This document shows, in pieces, positions 1-12,587 of a stretch of DNA of 64,000 nt. A program made the translations under genes and the position numbers. Source of the stretch: Psammoneis japonica (lineage: Eukaryota); NCBI GenBank assembly GCA_008632985.1, contig QPGO01000013.1, positions 186,001 to 250,000 of the forward strand, written 5' to 3'. The notes under the pieces are model-generated. The model searched no databases, had not been told where the DNA came from, and was given only the letters and a program-made list of their open reading frames with translations. How positions within the stretch are numbered: the first letter of the stretch is position 1; every line of letters begins with the position of its first letter.

Positions 1-1799
1 CAGGGAAAGCAAATTGACCTGATTTTAAACAAGCAGATCTGTTTCTGCTTGGCACCACAGTGCGCCATCTTTCCACTGCGTGGGCATCTTGGGCACGGCA
101 ATTGTGCCAAGCTGCGCAGATGCACTCACACAAAGTGTCAAACTGGCAAGCCAATTTTGCCAAAAGGGAATCCTGCAAAGCTTCCTGTGCCACTCATTGC
201 ACTTGCCCTGGCTGCTGTGGTGGCTGTGGTTTGCCTGGAAGTTCTCAACAAACTTCAAACTCATGATGCAAAACAGGCACCTGTGCTTGCACATTTTTGC
301 AAACCAGATGATTCACTCCAAAGAGCAAGAACAAAACGCAAAACAGAAGGAAGAGTCATCATTGTGGCGTGCAGCAGGATCTGAATGGGTTCAATGTGCC
401 AGGGGGTTCTCACACCCTTTTGGTTTTTTTGTGCTGTCACACTCAGCTGTGTCCCCACCCATCTTTTCTGGGACTTGTGTTGGAGTTCCAAGGCTTGCCA
501 ACAGATGCACAGCAGTTGGCATTGCTGACCCCAACACAACCTTGCCACACCCTCCTTCAGCAGACCTTCAACAGCTTCTTTGACAGCAAGGCACCCTCCA
601 GAGATTGTTTCTTCACCCTCATCCAGCCAGCTCATTTGCTGCAATCTGCCAAGGAACACCACAAGGCACACCTTTGGGTTCCTGTTGACCTCCTGGTCTG
701 TTTCTTTTGACTCCTGTGTTGACTTCCCAGCCCTCACATCTGTGGATTCCCTTGACTTTCCAGCCCCCGTTCTGTGGATTCATCTTGACTTCTCAGCCCT
801 CAAATGACTCTGCTCTTTTGAGCATTGTGCCACAATGACCAGCACACATTCTGTCTCACCATCTCCCAACTCACTGAATGGCTTGCAAACACATTGGCTT
901 GTGTTGCTGGCTGTTGTCACCATGTCAACCAGGCACAGAAGATGGGAAGCATGCACAAAACCCGCGGCTCAACCCAAGGTTGCACAGCACCGCTGCTCCC
1001 CACAACTGCCCTTTCATTTGGTTGTCACTTGCAAAATTGTGCCTCAAGTGTTCCTTTTGCATGTTTCCAGGCTGGCCATTGTTGGTTTTCCATGGACACA
1101 CTGCCGCCATGCCCTCTCCATTTGTGCCTTGTCAAATGGCATGCTGGAGCACAGATCTTGGCACTGGGGTGCCACAAACAAATTTGCGCTGCCTCCCTTG
1201 GCTTCTTTTTCAAGCAAGGAAACTGGCTCCTGGACTTTTTAGTTTGTGCCTGTTCAACTGTGGCCTCATTTGCACACCAGGGCAAATTTCCAGAAACTCT
1301 CACGAAAACTGCTCTTCAGCAAAAGCACCTGGCACCTCAGATGCATCTCACCTGAAACCCCCAGAACAGCTCCAATGTCTGTCTCTTCTCTTTGTGTCTC
1401 TGAAGGAGACAGGGGTGCTCTGAGGAAACATTCTGGCAATGCTGGCATGCTGGAGGTGATGCCATGGTGGAGGCAGTTTGTGCAGGAAATTTGCCAAAAA
1501 ACTCCACACTTTCAAGAGGTGCTGTGGTGGAGCCAAACGTCACTCAATGACACAAAGTGCAAAATTGTGTGTTTTCAGGTGTGAAGATTTTGTCATGAGG
1601 TCATTTGGGGCTCATGGAGCTGCAACCAAAATGTTTTGTCTTTTTTCAAAATTCTTTTCAGGTGATGCTTGGCACGACTTGAAGACTGGTGCCACCAATT
1701 TTTTGTCAACTCAAACTTCTTTCCTCCCAACAACAACTGGCACTTCTCCATGGGCTCTGGTCACAGCTCATCAAAAGAAGCAAGAAGACTGCTCAACTG

Positions 1800-3944
1800 C
1801 AAGCAGAGAGAATGAAAGCAGGGCTCAGCTTGTCCCTGATGATGATGCCAGGGAGGAACTGGGTGCCACCGCTGTTGTTTTGAGGAGGGAATTCCTTCTG
1901 CAGACTCAGGCAAGAGCACCAGCATCCACAACCACCTCTTGGCTGTTTTGCAAAAGTGTGACATTGATGAAAATGAAAAGCTTGACAAGATGGAACAGGC
2001 CATGTGTAACATGGACAATGGGAACATGGGCTTTTTGAGTGACAAAAAGGTGTGCAAAAGCTCATGCATGAGAAGATGCAAACCCAAAAGGATCTGTGAC
2101 TTGTTGTGTGCATCTGACAAGAGGTTGCATGGAAACACAACAAGCCATTGTTCTTTTGCCACCATGTGATCAGCTCACTCCCACATGACTCACATTTTCT
2201 GTTGTTTCCTTTTTTGACAGCCTGAGTGCCAAGGATCTTGTCCTCTCTTTTTTGGGCTTTGCTCTTCTTCTTGCTGTTGCCGCCATTGTGGCATCCTTTG
2301 CCACCACCAACTTGGCTCAAGAAACTGCAACAAGCAACAATGTCCTTGTCATCAAAGGCACAGATGAGGTTGCAGATGACAGTCATCAAGGCCAACTCTG
2401 TCATGTCATCACTGTGGGGGATTCTTCAAGATGCCAGCTTGCCAACTGTGTGGCGGCAACTGCAGCTCCAGAGGACAGCCTGGGCTGCATGAAACAGCAG
2501 TGTGATGCCTCCAGGTCCATCAACATCATTTGGACATGGGGTGGACATGACACAGAGGAAGCAATTCTGGTCTGCCCAGGCTGTGGTCATGACAAAAGCA
2601 AGGGCATCAACAACTTCCATTTGCACAATGGAAGGTTGCTGGTGGTGGATTGCTGAGGACCCATTGATTGTGGCTTGGGTGGCACTGCTGGATTTCTGCT
2701 TTTGGCGAATGATTTCTCTGTGCACAAGATGCAGATTGCTTGTTCAACACCTGCTCTGGCACACCAGGAAGATGTGTTTGTCCCTGTCCTCCCACAGACA
2801 CCAGCTTGTGTGGCCACAGTGGTCTTCCAGTTTCTTGCAACTGTGGCAACTCCACATGTGAAGACGTCGTTGACTGCATTGCCAACCTTGCTGCCACAGA
2901 TGCTGACATCATGTGGGAGTGTTTGTTGGAGTGGTTTGTGGCAGGCCCTTTGTTGATGGGGAGGGCACACATCTTCAGGCGACTGTTGTCAACACCAACA
3001 GGGTGCCTGCAAGTTGGTCAACCTCATCCTGCTCTGACAGTCATCAGTTGATCAAGACGATTGCCATCACTCATCGTGATCAAGATGCCTGCCTTCACTC
3101 TCTTGCACAAGAGTGGAAAGCATGTGCACTTGGAGAACATGCCTCAGTTGATTTGTTTGCCACCTTCACCCCAGCTCACATGTCCAACAATGCTCCTCCC
3201 AATCTTGTTTGCGATCCCAAAATCACCAGACTGGACAAAGTCTGGCATGATGCAGAAATCTCTTTTTTGCGGTTGCTTCCTCCTTGATGGGACAAAGTGC
3301 AGAGCCAGGACTGTTGCCTCCCTTTGTTCCTGAGTTTGACAATGACCTGATGGCCATGACAATTGCTGCCACTCATGAAGGATGCATCAATGAAGTGCTC
3401 TTGGCCTTGGAGGTGGCCGCTGATGCAAACAAGTGTGAAGACAGCAAGGACAATTTTGTCTTGAAATTGAATCTCAAGGACAAGACCACTGCCAATGCCC
3501 CAGAAGAAGCAACTCATTTGGCTCTGGTGTGATGCACAATCCATTGGGCATGTCATGTGGATCTGAGTGCATGCTCGGCCATTCAAAATGAGAGGTCCTG
3601 GAACCAAGCAAGCTGAAAGCAGTGCATGAGAGGCACTTTCCTGGTTCTGCCCAGCTGGATTTTGAAAATGAGTGGACCAAGATCTGCAAGGCTTTGTTGC
3701 CCTTGTTGGGAAAGAAGGCTCTGAGAACCATTGAAACAACCAAATTCAAGGCATCAGACTGCAAGACCTGGTTTTGACAGTGGTCAACAAGATCATTGTG
3801 GGCATCATGTGCCCAAACAATGACAATGAACAGCTTCTGAATCTGGCAAATCATGCTGCACTCCACCAGCAGAAAGTTTTGGAGTGTGAAGTGGAGGTTG
3901 TGGCTGAACCTTTCATTGGAGTGCTGTTGTTGGCTCACTTGTAA
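1800..3944 (+). pseudogene. Mutated copy of the EF-hand/ferritin-like gene at 27085-29171
   Basis: Fragments such as LAQETATSNNVLVIKGTDEV, WKACALGEHASVDLFATFT and ATHEGCINEVLLALEVAA match the 27-29 kb gene. It has multiple stops and frameshifts, and most substitutions are CG->TG/CA and TA->TG/CA. Confidence 0.92.
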
Positions 3945-5611
3945 AAGGACAGAACAAGGGCGTGGCAGAATCAATCAAGCCACAACAGACCAGGGGTTTG
4001 CCACATTCCATCACACATGCTTTGGGACAGCACAAGATGCAGTTTAGTTCCCAAGAAAATGACAGTGTCTTTGGGTGGAAGCAGGTCTGTCTAAGCCATC
4101 CAGCCACTCCTCCTTGGTCTTGTGGCTGCCACCAACCTGTCCACACCAGCAGCTGTGGTGGAGCTCTGGTGCTGCAAAACTCTCTGCCTGTGAGGGTGGC
4201 TGGTGGTGCTGTTAACATGCTTCCACCAACATGTGAAAATGGCTGTCAGCACTGAGTCCCCTTGCTCACATTGTTGCACTGATGACCAACTCAGTTGTCC
4301 AGGGCTCAAATGGCAGTCCATGTGGTCCCACATGGCAGCTGCAACTGGCGCTGCCTGTTTCTTTGAGATGGCACAGCAGGCAGGCAACATGGCTCAGAGG
4401 TGTGCAAATCATCTGTTGTTGCCTGATGCTGGCTTTGTCATTCATGGCGCAAACAGCTCTGAGTGTGCAAGTGCACGTGTGCAAACAACAACAGATGACA
4501 TGTGCACCTCAGGCATGGCTCTTTTCTGTGAGCAGTGAACTCAACCTCTTGTGGGTGCACCCAAGGACAAACCCTCACAAGCAATGTTGAAATGTTGGCT
4601 GCACTTGGGGTTGCAAGCTGCAGCATTTTGTCCCTGGTGGCATCCTGCCTCCATGATGAGATCTTCAGTGCAGGCATCAAGGTTGTGACACATGATGCTG
4701 TGATGTGTTGCACACCACTGGGTAGTTGGGGCTCAGCACAAAGTTGTTGTGAGCATGGCACACATGCCATTGAGTGAGTGCTGCAACAAGGCAAGCAGTG
4801 TGGCAGCCACCCCCCTGCATTGCATCAGGAGAATCCTCAAGCACCAATGTGTTGGTCAGAAGCAGGCAGCTCTTCTCTTTTCCATGGGTCTGCTGGCACA
4901 ATGCATTGTTGTGGGCAATCTTCTGGGCAGTTGTGTCCAGCACTGTGAGCTCAAGCAAGAGTGGGTCAATTCCTTGAGCAACATCATTGTGCTTGTTGCC
5001 AGCATGGGTGCAAAACTGTGTGCTCACATTTCCAGCAAAACTGGCACACAGACTCAGAAGCTTGCTCATGCAGCTCACTCAGTGCACTCAATCTGCAGCA
5101 TGTTCTTGATCATGCTCTTTGCTCCCCAAATGTGTGGGTTGGTGTCTTGACCAACTCCAAGGCCCTCTGACAATGCCAGGGCATCCAAGCACCCATTGTG
5201 CCATTTGGTTGTCAGGCCACCCTCAGCTGCCAGCACCATGGGGTGTGGACTTGGTGTGGCTGCAGCGGGGTCACAAATGAATCCAGCGGCAGATCCAACC
5301 CTTCACTTTGTGGCGAATGTGCTGGGGGGAAGTTTCGCAGGCACAGCCCAGGCATGGTGAGCTGCTTGCAGGGGTGGCAGCAGATGCACCCAGGCCAGAA
5401 GCTGCAGTCATGCAGGCTGCCTTTGACAAGCAATTTGACAGCAGGGGTGGACATGCAGTGACTGGGTTGGCAGCGGCAGTGGTGTTGCAAACACGAGTGA
5501 GTGCCTGGCTGTTCTTGGATGCAAACTGTGCCAACAGAAGCAGCTGCAAGTGCAGTCTTCTTGGCTGGCTCCAAGGGACAGGTGCAACATGCAGCTGCCA
5601 ATGAGAGCCAA

Positions 5612-6029
5612 TGCATCACGGCGACGTGTTGCAGCCTTTAAATGTCACAAAGGGCGTGACAAAAACAACCTTTTGTCTGCATGCATGCTGCGCTGTGAAT
5701 TCACAGCGGAGTGGTTCATCGCAACCATCAGGCAGGAGGCCAGGGGTTCGAAACCCTGAGTGGGAGTTGTCTGCAGCAACGTTGATCACTGTCGAACGCG
5801 TGAAACTCTGTGCAGTTCTGTGTGTTCCTTCGTGCGTGCCCACACTGTTCCACCAAAACTGTGCAGTGTCAGCACACGTCAGTGAAGAGCCGTGTGGACG
5901 CGTGACACATGGGGAGGAGTGCAACACACAGCCACCAACAAGAGTTGGTGCATCACGGCGACGTGTTGCAGCCTTTAAATGTCACAAAGGGCATGACAAA
6001 AACAACCTTTTGTCTGCATGCATGCTGCA
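5612..6029 (+). mobile_element. Small insertion bounded by 81-bp direct repeats with a tRNA-like (Pol III A/B box) interior; SINE- or TRIM-like
   Basis: Direct repeats at 5612-5692 and 5949-6029 (tgcatcacggcgacgtgttgcagcc...catgctgc). The interior has cagcggagtgg (~5704, A-box-like) and ggttcgaaacc (~5745, B-box). The segment is absent from the paralogous block. Confidence 0.5.
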
Positions 6030-7440
6030 CAGGGGACACCTTTTGTCTGCTGGTGTGCTTGCCACTGCTGGGGAGTGTTGAGAGGACAGAGGCAGTGGTT
6101 GACCCTGTCTTGTTGTCATCCTTGTTGTGTGTCTTGCTCTTGTGCCACTTTCATGATTGGCGCTGACAACACAAGGCTCTTTCTGCACCTTTTTGCAGAA
6201 ATCAAAATGGCAGCAACAGCTGAGGTTGCTGGGGCTCCTCTCATGTGCATGGCTGGGAAACATTTCTTCAGCACACACACGCACATGCGCGCAACAGCAT
6301 CTTGCAGCTGCTGCTTTCCCCAGCCTGGCTCTGCTGTGTGATTGTGCCAGAGCATGCTCTTGATTGAGGTGTGCAGAGGCACAGGAGCAGGCAGTGTGTG
6401 TGTGTGTGGCGGAAACTGCAGAGCACCAGCTTTGCTGGGAATGCTTGCTTCAATCAGCTCTGAGAGGATGCCAGGGGAGTCAGAGAGAGAAGGGAGGGAG
6501 CAAGGTCTCTCTTGCTCCTCCAGCATGCTTGCTGCTCTGTTGTGGTGATGCTGATGATGTGCAGCCAGAGCCGGGGCTGTCATTGGGCTCAAACCTGTCA
6601 GACAATGAAGGCCGTGCATTTGGTTTTGCTTTGACTGCTTTTCTCCAGCACAAAGGAAAGCAGAATGGCGGGCAGTCCCTTGCTGATCTGACAGCTTCCT
6701 CGGAACTGCAGCTCACTGCTGTGGCTCGCATGATGTCGAGTGAATCATCGCACATCGCTCGCAAACAGCCAGAACCCCGCATCACAGGCAGACCGCAGAT
6801 GATGACCACAATTGGATTGTTGGTTCAAATCTGCCAGGGCCTAAATGACAGAGCTTCAAGAGATGACAAGAGTCTTGTGTCTTTTGAGCTCTCGCAATTC
6901 AATTATTGTCATTCATTATTTTGGACATGAGGGTCATTAGCAGGTTATAATTACGACCAAGATAGTCGTAATTGTCAAGACATTATTCATCGAATTATGT
7001 TTTGTATCATAAAGCCAGCTGGCGTCACCCAAGATCAACTTTGTTATTGTTCCTTTTTCTCTGGTTTTAGATGCATGAAAGCACTTATGATAAGAGTCTT
7101 ATGTCGAGATTATTGATATTATGTGAAAAATGGCATTTATGGCACGTTAACATAGAAGAGTCTTATGTCTTTTATTGCTCGTAATTATTGAGTCGGTCAT
7201 TATTTGAGAAAGATTCGATTGCGGTCACAACACACTCTCTAGTAGTAGAGTACGTAGATTCTACGTCTCGTCTTCAGCACTTGAATTTGCTGCCGAACCT
7301 ACGTGTGTGTCGTACATAAAATCGACGTACAGTAAGCCACGTCGTTCCACAGTATCTTTTTACGCAACGCATTGGCTGCTCTTGTGAGGACACAAAAAAG
7401 GCGAGCGTTTTTGAAAAAAGTCATCGTTTTTCAGGTCACC

Positions 7441-10071
7441 ATGAACTTGCGTTGTTTGCCATCAAGCATCCTAGCATGCTCTCTTTTCTTACCAGTTGCT
7501 CTTGGAGCAAACGTCTTTGTAAGTACTGTAGTTCGATCAGAAAAAAGCCATGGAAGTCGACGTTTAACTTAAGGTCTCTCACCCTCATTATTGTTTTGAT
7601 TTTCGCGACAGTCACTTCGAGCAAACCAAAACGCCCGCGGCAACCCCAACGAAGAAACTCACGAGTGTGAGATTAACAAGGTAGCGAGAGACTTTTACGA
7701 GGAAAAGGCACCCGAGCATTTCCTGGCTTGCGAGGACGTTACCACTAAGGAATTCATCGACCTCATCAAGGATCCTCAAGACGATATCCATCTTGCGACT
7801 GGCGACTTTGTTACCGTTACTGGTAAAGTCCTGCCTAAACCGGCTGGTCGCGGAAAGGCCATTGCTGTTTCCAAGTGGGAAAATCATCGCCCGGTCCGTG
7901 GTGGCCCAAAACGTGGCGGCCCAAATCGTGGCGGCCCAAACAACCGACGCAGGTTGGAGAACCCGTACACTGGGATACGGTCTGCTGTCGTTCTCCTCCT
8001 TCGTTTTACGGATGGAGTCGGCGGTTCCGTTTTGGGAGACAAGATGAATACTACGACCAAGGTCGACGGCGTTGCCGCTACTATCAACAACACCTTGTTT
8101 GGTGTATACGATAGGAACGCTCAAAAGACTCACGCAGGCACGTGGGACGAGTGCTCGTACGGTCAATTGGGCCTGGGCTACAACGTGAAACCTAGTGTTC
8201 CAGGCGACTACGACGATGGTACAGCCGACATCTTTTACGTCGATGTTCCGTCTGCTTGTACTTCAGGTAATGGGTACTGTACCAGAACCTTCAACACAGC
8301 GACTTCGTGCGGAACGAACGAGTATTATGGGTGGCCACAATACGCTCTGAACAAACTCGAGGCTGAGGTGCCTGGCTTTTCGCGTTCCGATTATCAACAT
8401 CGTGTAGTCATCTTTGATGATGGGGCACATGTAAACTGCAATTTCGTCGGTATGGGTAACGTTGGGTGTAGCAGTAACTACTGCTACACTTGGATCCCAC
8501 GAAAATATGCGGACAAACATCAGGTATGTCATTTGAACAGGTTTTGTGGTTAGGATTGTTATTCAGTGTGGTGAAACTGACAAAACTGCTTGACTCTTTT
8601 TCTTAAGGATTATACCCATGAACTAGGTTCGTATTGCAATGGACAGAAAAGAAGTTTAATGATGTCACAAAGTACTCACGAGCTAATCACTTTCTTCTAT
8701 TTTATAGGCCACAACATTCATTTGGCGCATGGAGGTAAATTTGGAGTTGGTGGTAACAACGGGGAATATGGCGACCTTTCATGTGCCATGGGATATGCAT
8801 TCTCGGTCCGTTGTTACAATGGCCCGCATGCCTACGAACTAGGCTGGCTTGAAGCCTTGGAATTGGACCATACCACCATTTCAGGGGCGAATCAGTATAC
8901 GCTCAACTCCATGTCGTATACCAGCACAGATTCTCTCATTTCCATCACTGGTGGAGACAATAATGTCTACTGGATTCAATACAAGACCAACCACGCGTAT
9001 GACCAGTTCATGAAGAGTGCTTGGAAAAACAACGTGCAGATCAAGAGATGGAATATGGCAACCTATGAGCGCTCCGACGACATGGGGGTTTTCCTAACCG
9101 CTGGTTCCACCTGGGATATTCCCAATAGTACTGTCACAATCATGGTAGACAGCATCGACACATCTTCGATCGACCCACATGCAATGATTACCATCGCGAG
9201 CGGTACTCCAGCTCCGACTCCAGCGCCAAGTCCTGCTCCAACCGGTACTCCGTCTCAAGCGCCGACTTCCCGTCCGACTACAGCACCGAGTTCCTCCCCA
9301 AGCCAAACTCCAAGTGGAGCCCCAACTGCTTATCCGACGTCTGCTCCGTCTCAAGCGCCGACTTCCGGTCCGACTACAGCACCGAGTTCTTCCCCAAGCC
9401 AAACTCCAAGTGGAGCCCCAACTGCTTATCCGACTTCTGCTCCGTCTCAAGCGCCGACTTCCGGTCCGACTACAGCACCGAGTTCTTCTCCAAGCCAAAC
9501 TCCAAGTGGAGCCCCAACTGCTTATCCGACGTCTGCTCCGTCTCAAGTGCCGACTTCCGGTCCGACTACAGTACCAACTTCTTCCCCGAGCCAAACTCTA
9601 AGTGGAGCGCCAACTGCTTATCCGACGTCTGCTCCGTCGCAAGCGCCGACTTCTGGTCCGACTACAGTACCGACTTCTTCCCCGAGCCAAACTCCAAGTG
9701 GAACCCCAACTGCTTATCCGACGTCTGCTCCGTCTCAAGCGCCGACTTCCGGTCCGACTACAGCACCGAGTTCTTCCCCATCGGCATCTCCCACAGCGTC
9801 TCCAACTCCAGCTCCAACTCAAGCTCCACCGCCAACTCAAGCACCGAGTTCTTCTCCATCGGCATCTCCCACAGCGGGTCCAACTGCAGCTCCGACGGCA
9901 TCTCCCACGCCGGCTCCAACTCCGGCTCCGACTCAAGCTCCACCGCCAACTCCATCGCCCACGCCGGCTCCGACTCCGCCGCCCACGTGTGCTGGTAGGA
10001 ATCAGAATTGTGTGGTGAACAGTGACTGCTGCAACTCCAAAGGTTGCAAGCCGAGTGGAAAATGCTTCTAA
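7441..10071 (+). CDS. Secreted metzincin metalloprotease (gametolysin/M11-like) with Pro/Thr/Ser stalk and C-terminal Cys-knot-like module; 4 exons
   Basis: Signal peptide MNLRCLPSSILACSLFLPVALG. Predicted introns 7519-7611, 8524-8607 and 8627-8707 (GT..AG) give a spliced HELGHNIHLAH zinc motif and a SCAMG Met-turn. An RRRL putative propeptide site is present, and the C-terminus is CAGRNQNCVVNSDCCNSKGCKPSGKCF. Confidence 0.85.
9250..9790 (+). repeat. Coding 96-bp tandem repeat (32 aa PTAYPTSAPSQAPTSGPTTAPSSSPSQTPSGA), about 5.5 copies
   Basis: Near-identical units seen directly in the DNA and in the translation. Confidence 0.92.
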
Positions 10072-10199
10072 AAACATCAGGCATCTAGTTGTTCACTAAT
10101 TGGACGAAGAGTAGTTAGAGGCAACCGCCATTTACCGGGTTTAGAAAAATGTCATGTATACTATAAAACTAGATTCATCAATGCCTCCAATGTGTTAAG

Positions 10200-11363
10200 T
10201 CATCATTTTGTGTTGTCCTTTTCCTGCTGTACCTGCGTCAAATACAGTGGCGGGAATTCGTTCCACACGTGCCCAGCTTGCTTCTGCACGCACAGATTGA
10301 GATTCAGATGCAATCATCGAAACCCTTTGGAATCAGTGCGCGTGTCTTGCGTCCAACTGGAGCCTGTGGGAAAGCCAATGCATGATCAAGTTGCTTGGTG
10401 TGCCAACTGTGCAGGGCTGCCATTGCAAGTGGCATGTGCACTGAGTTCCAAGATTTGATGGGAGCACGTGTTTCTCCATGATCTCAGTCCCTTCTCTCAT
10501 TCTTGATCCATCTGTGTTCAATCTTGCCCTCAATGCTCTTGACAGCATGACAGTCAGGATGTCTTGCTTTTGTCCCATCTGCCTTGCAGCTGGAAGGGGG
10601 GTCTTTCTTTTGTCAGCCACCATTGATTTCAGAACCATGATGGCAGATCACTTTCCCTTCTTCATTTGAGCCTCAACCTCTTTGTGCACTGCATTGACAA
10701 ATTCCTTGTAACCCAAGTTGTGTGCACCAGAAGAGGGTTGATGTCATCTGAGATGTGAAGTTCATTGTGTGTGCATGGAGACATTGCTGCCAAAGAGAAA
10801 ATCTCTCCCTCAATGCCCCCCTTGGCATTGGTGCCGATTTTGGCTGTCATTGCTTGTGCCAACTGCTTTGCTGGCTGGCTCTTTCACCCTGATCTGGTGG
10901 TCTCACCTCTGGCATCCTTGGCACACTGAGAGGATCAGACTCTCCCTCCTGCTGCAGAGGGGATTTCCTGAAACAGATTTCTTTTGAGGAGTGAGGAGCA
11001 TGTCATGCAATCATTTGGGCTTTCATGCTTGTGGCCTTTTTGCTTTGTTTCCTTGCGGCACCCAGACTCCACACTGTGGCACTTCAGATCCCCCCAATGA
11101 TGACAGAGTGAGCCAGTTCTTTCCTCAAGACCTTTTGACAAGAGAGTCACTGAGTGGCACACCCAGTGAGACACAATGGCTTGCCATGCCAGGGGCATTT
11201 TGTTTGCATCCTGCCTCCAGTGCCAAAGCTGTCATCTCCTTTGCCAGCAGCTCTCTGTCAAAGATTTCTGGACAGATGAAAGCAATGTCCAAGTCAGAGG
11301 GAATCATGAATTTTTCCACTGCCTTTGCCATTTCAGCCTCTGTCCATGATGGCCCAATGTGAT
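10200..11363. other. Hypermutated degenerate sequence of unrecognised origin (continues at 15701-17706)
   Basis: Strong TA and CG depletion with stop-riddled frames. It is interrupted by the copia insertion. Confidence 0.6.
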
Positions 11364-11639
11364 TGACAGGATTTGAACAGGATTCAGGTGCGCGCGAAAT
11401 GTCGCGCGCTGTTTAGTTCACCGCGCACAGTTTTGTGTGCTTTAGTTCCGTGCGTTCGCGCGCGATGTAGTTTGCTTTCGAGCCACAAGGCTCACAAGAA
11501 CAATGACAGTGGCCCGATTGTACCGACTCACACGTCTTTCGGCTCCTGCAACGGTCTCTGAGCGGAGACTCATCTGCCATTTAGACAGCAGTGAGGAGTT
11601 GTTGTTTGAATTCTTGCCATTTGCCTTCAATTTCTGTCA
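11364..11639 (+). repeat. Copia LTR (5')
   Basis: TGACAG...CTGTCA termini; near-identical to 14565-14840, 15425-15700 and the reverse complement of 63191-63466. Confidence 0.95.
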
Positions 11640-12587
11640 GATTAACAGTCTTGCTCATTGTCAACCCATTGAACAACCGCCATCGTCGTCGTTGATTACG
11701 ACGCCATCTCAATTCTGCGTGGACCTCCGCACATGTTCTACGTACATCGGCAAGTCTGCACGCATTCAACACCAGGCATCGGCAGGAATTTAACGTCACC
11801 GTCAAGTCTCCTTGCCGCTGGATGTCTGGATTGATGATGCCACCTTTTGTCGCTGAAGACATGCATTCAACGGTTGTGTCCAAGTCCATCCTTGATCCTC
11901 ATCCCTTGACACACCCATTCAATGGTTAACGGCCAAGAACCATGCACATTCAAGGATCTTCATCACTGAAGACACATGCACACACACATCTTCACGGCCA
12001 AGGACTTGAACCCACCATTTGGACTGCGGCTTTGCTGCCACTCTACAAGCACGCCGAGTCTGTTGCACCTGATCTGCCCTGGACTGCTGGTGCTCTGCAG
12101 TTCTGCTGGGTCCATGAGGATGACTGTGAGAGCAAGCAGCCGTGATTGCAGCCCACGTTGGGGCGAGGGTGTTTTCCCGCATTTGTTCGTTTGTCCACAG
12201 CACCTGACGCCTGTGTCAACTGGCCAGCCTGATCGGGAAATCCAACCGATGTAAAACAAGAACGGTTCGGGGGGCTTGTCCACCTCTGGTCAGCTCACCT
12301 GCAGGGGTTTGCAACCCGCTGCTCCGCTCGCAAGCAACCCAAAGTGCCGCTGGCTGCGGGTTCGGACGTGCCAGCACAACTCTACGGACCAGATGGGAAG
12401 CCCAGCACTTGACAACGAACGGGACAGCACAACCCGGCGACTTCTGATTTTAAGATGGTCCAAGATTTCAAGCCAAGTCTGGCTCAAGTCAAGTCTTTTT
12501 CAAGCCAAGTTCCAAGTCAAAACTCTGAGTCAAGATCGCGCTCTAGATTGGTTCCTGTCTTTTGTTTCTACTGCACCGTCCTCCGTC

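Larger units (their letters stand above)
1..6900. other. Hypermutated (TpA- and CpG-depleted, TG/CA-rich) domain; ~1390-6800 is a degenerate paralogue of ~26215-31480
   Basis: TA and CG dinucleotides are very rare. The region is collinear with 26215-26370, 26908-30690 and 30690-31480 (e.g. gcaaacagccagaaccccgcatcacaggcagaccgcagatga at ~6760 vs gcgaacagccagaaccgcatgcatcacaggcagaccgcagatga at ~31440). Confidence 0.9.

Noticed and set aside
705..800. Three ~33-bp degenerate tandem repeats
   Set aside because: Too short and degenerate to assign; probably a remnant of a coding repeat.
5695..5770. Functional tRNA gene
   Set aside because: A/B-box-like motifs are present, but I could not build a convincing acceptor stem or anticodon arm.
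1..6900. Many overlapping Cys/His/Gln-rich ORFs in all six frames (also at 10.2-11.3, 15.7-17.7, 22.9-26.4 and 29.3-31.4 kb)
   Set aside because: Loss of TA removes TAA/TAG stops and TG/CA enrichment dictates the composition. These are artefacts of hypermutation, not genes.
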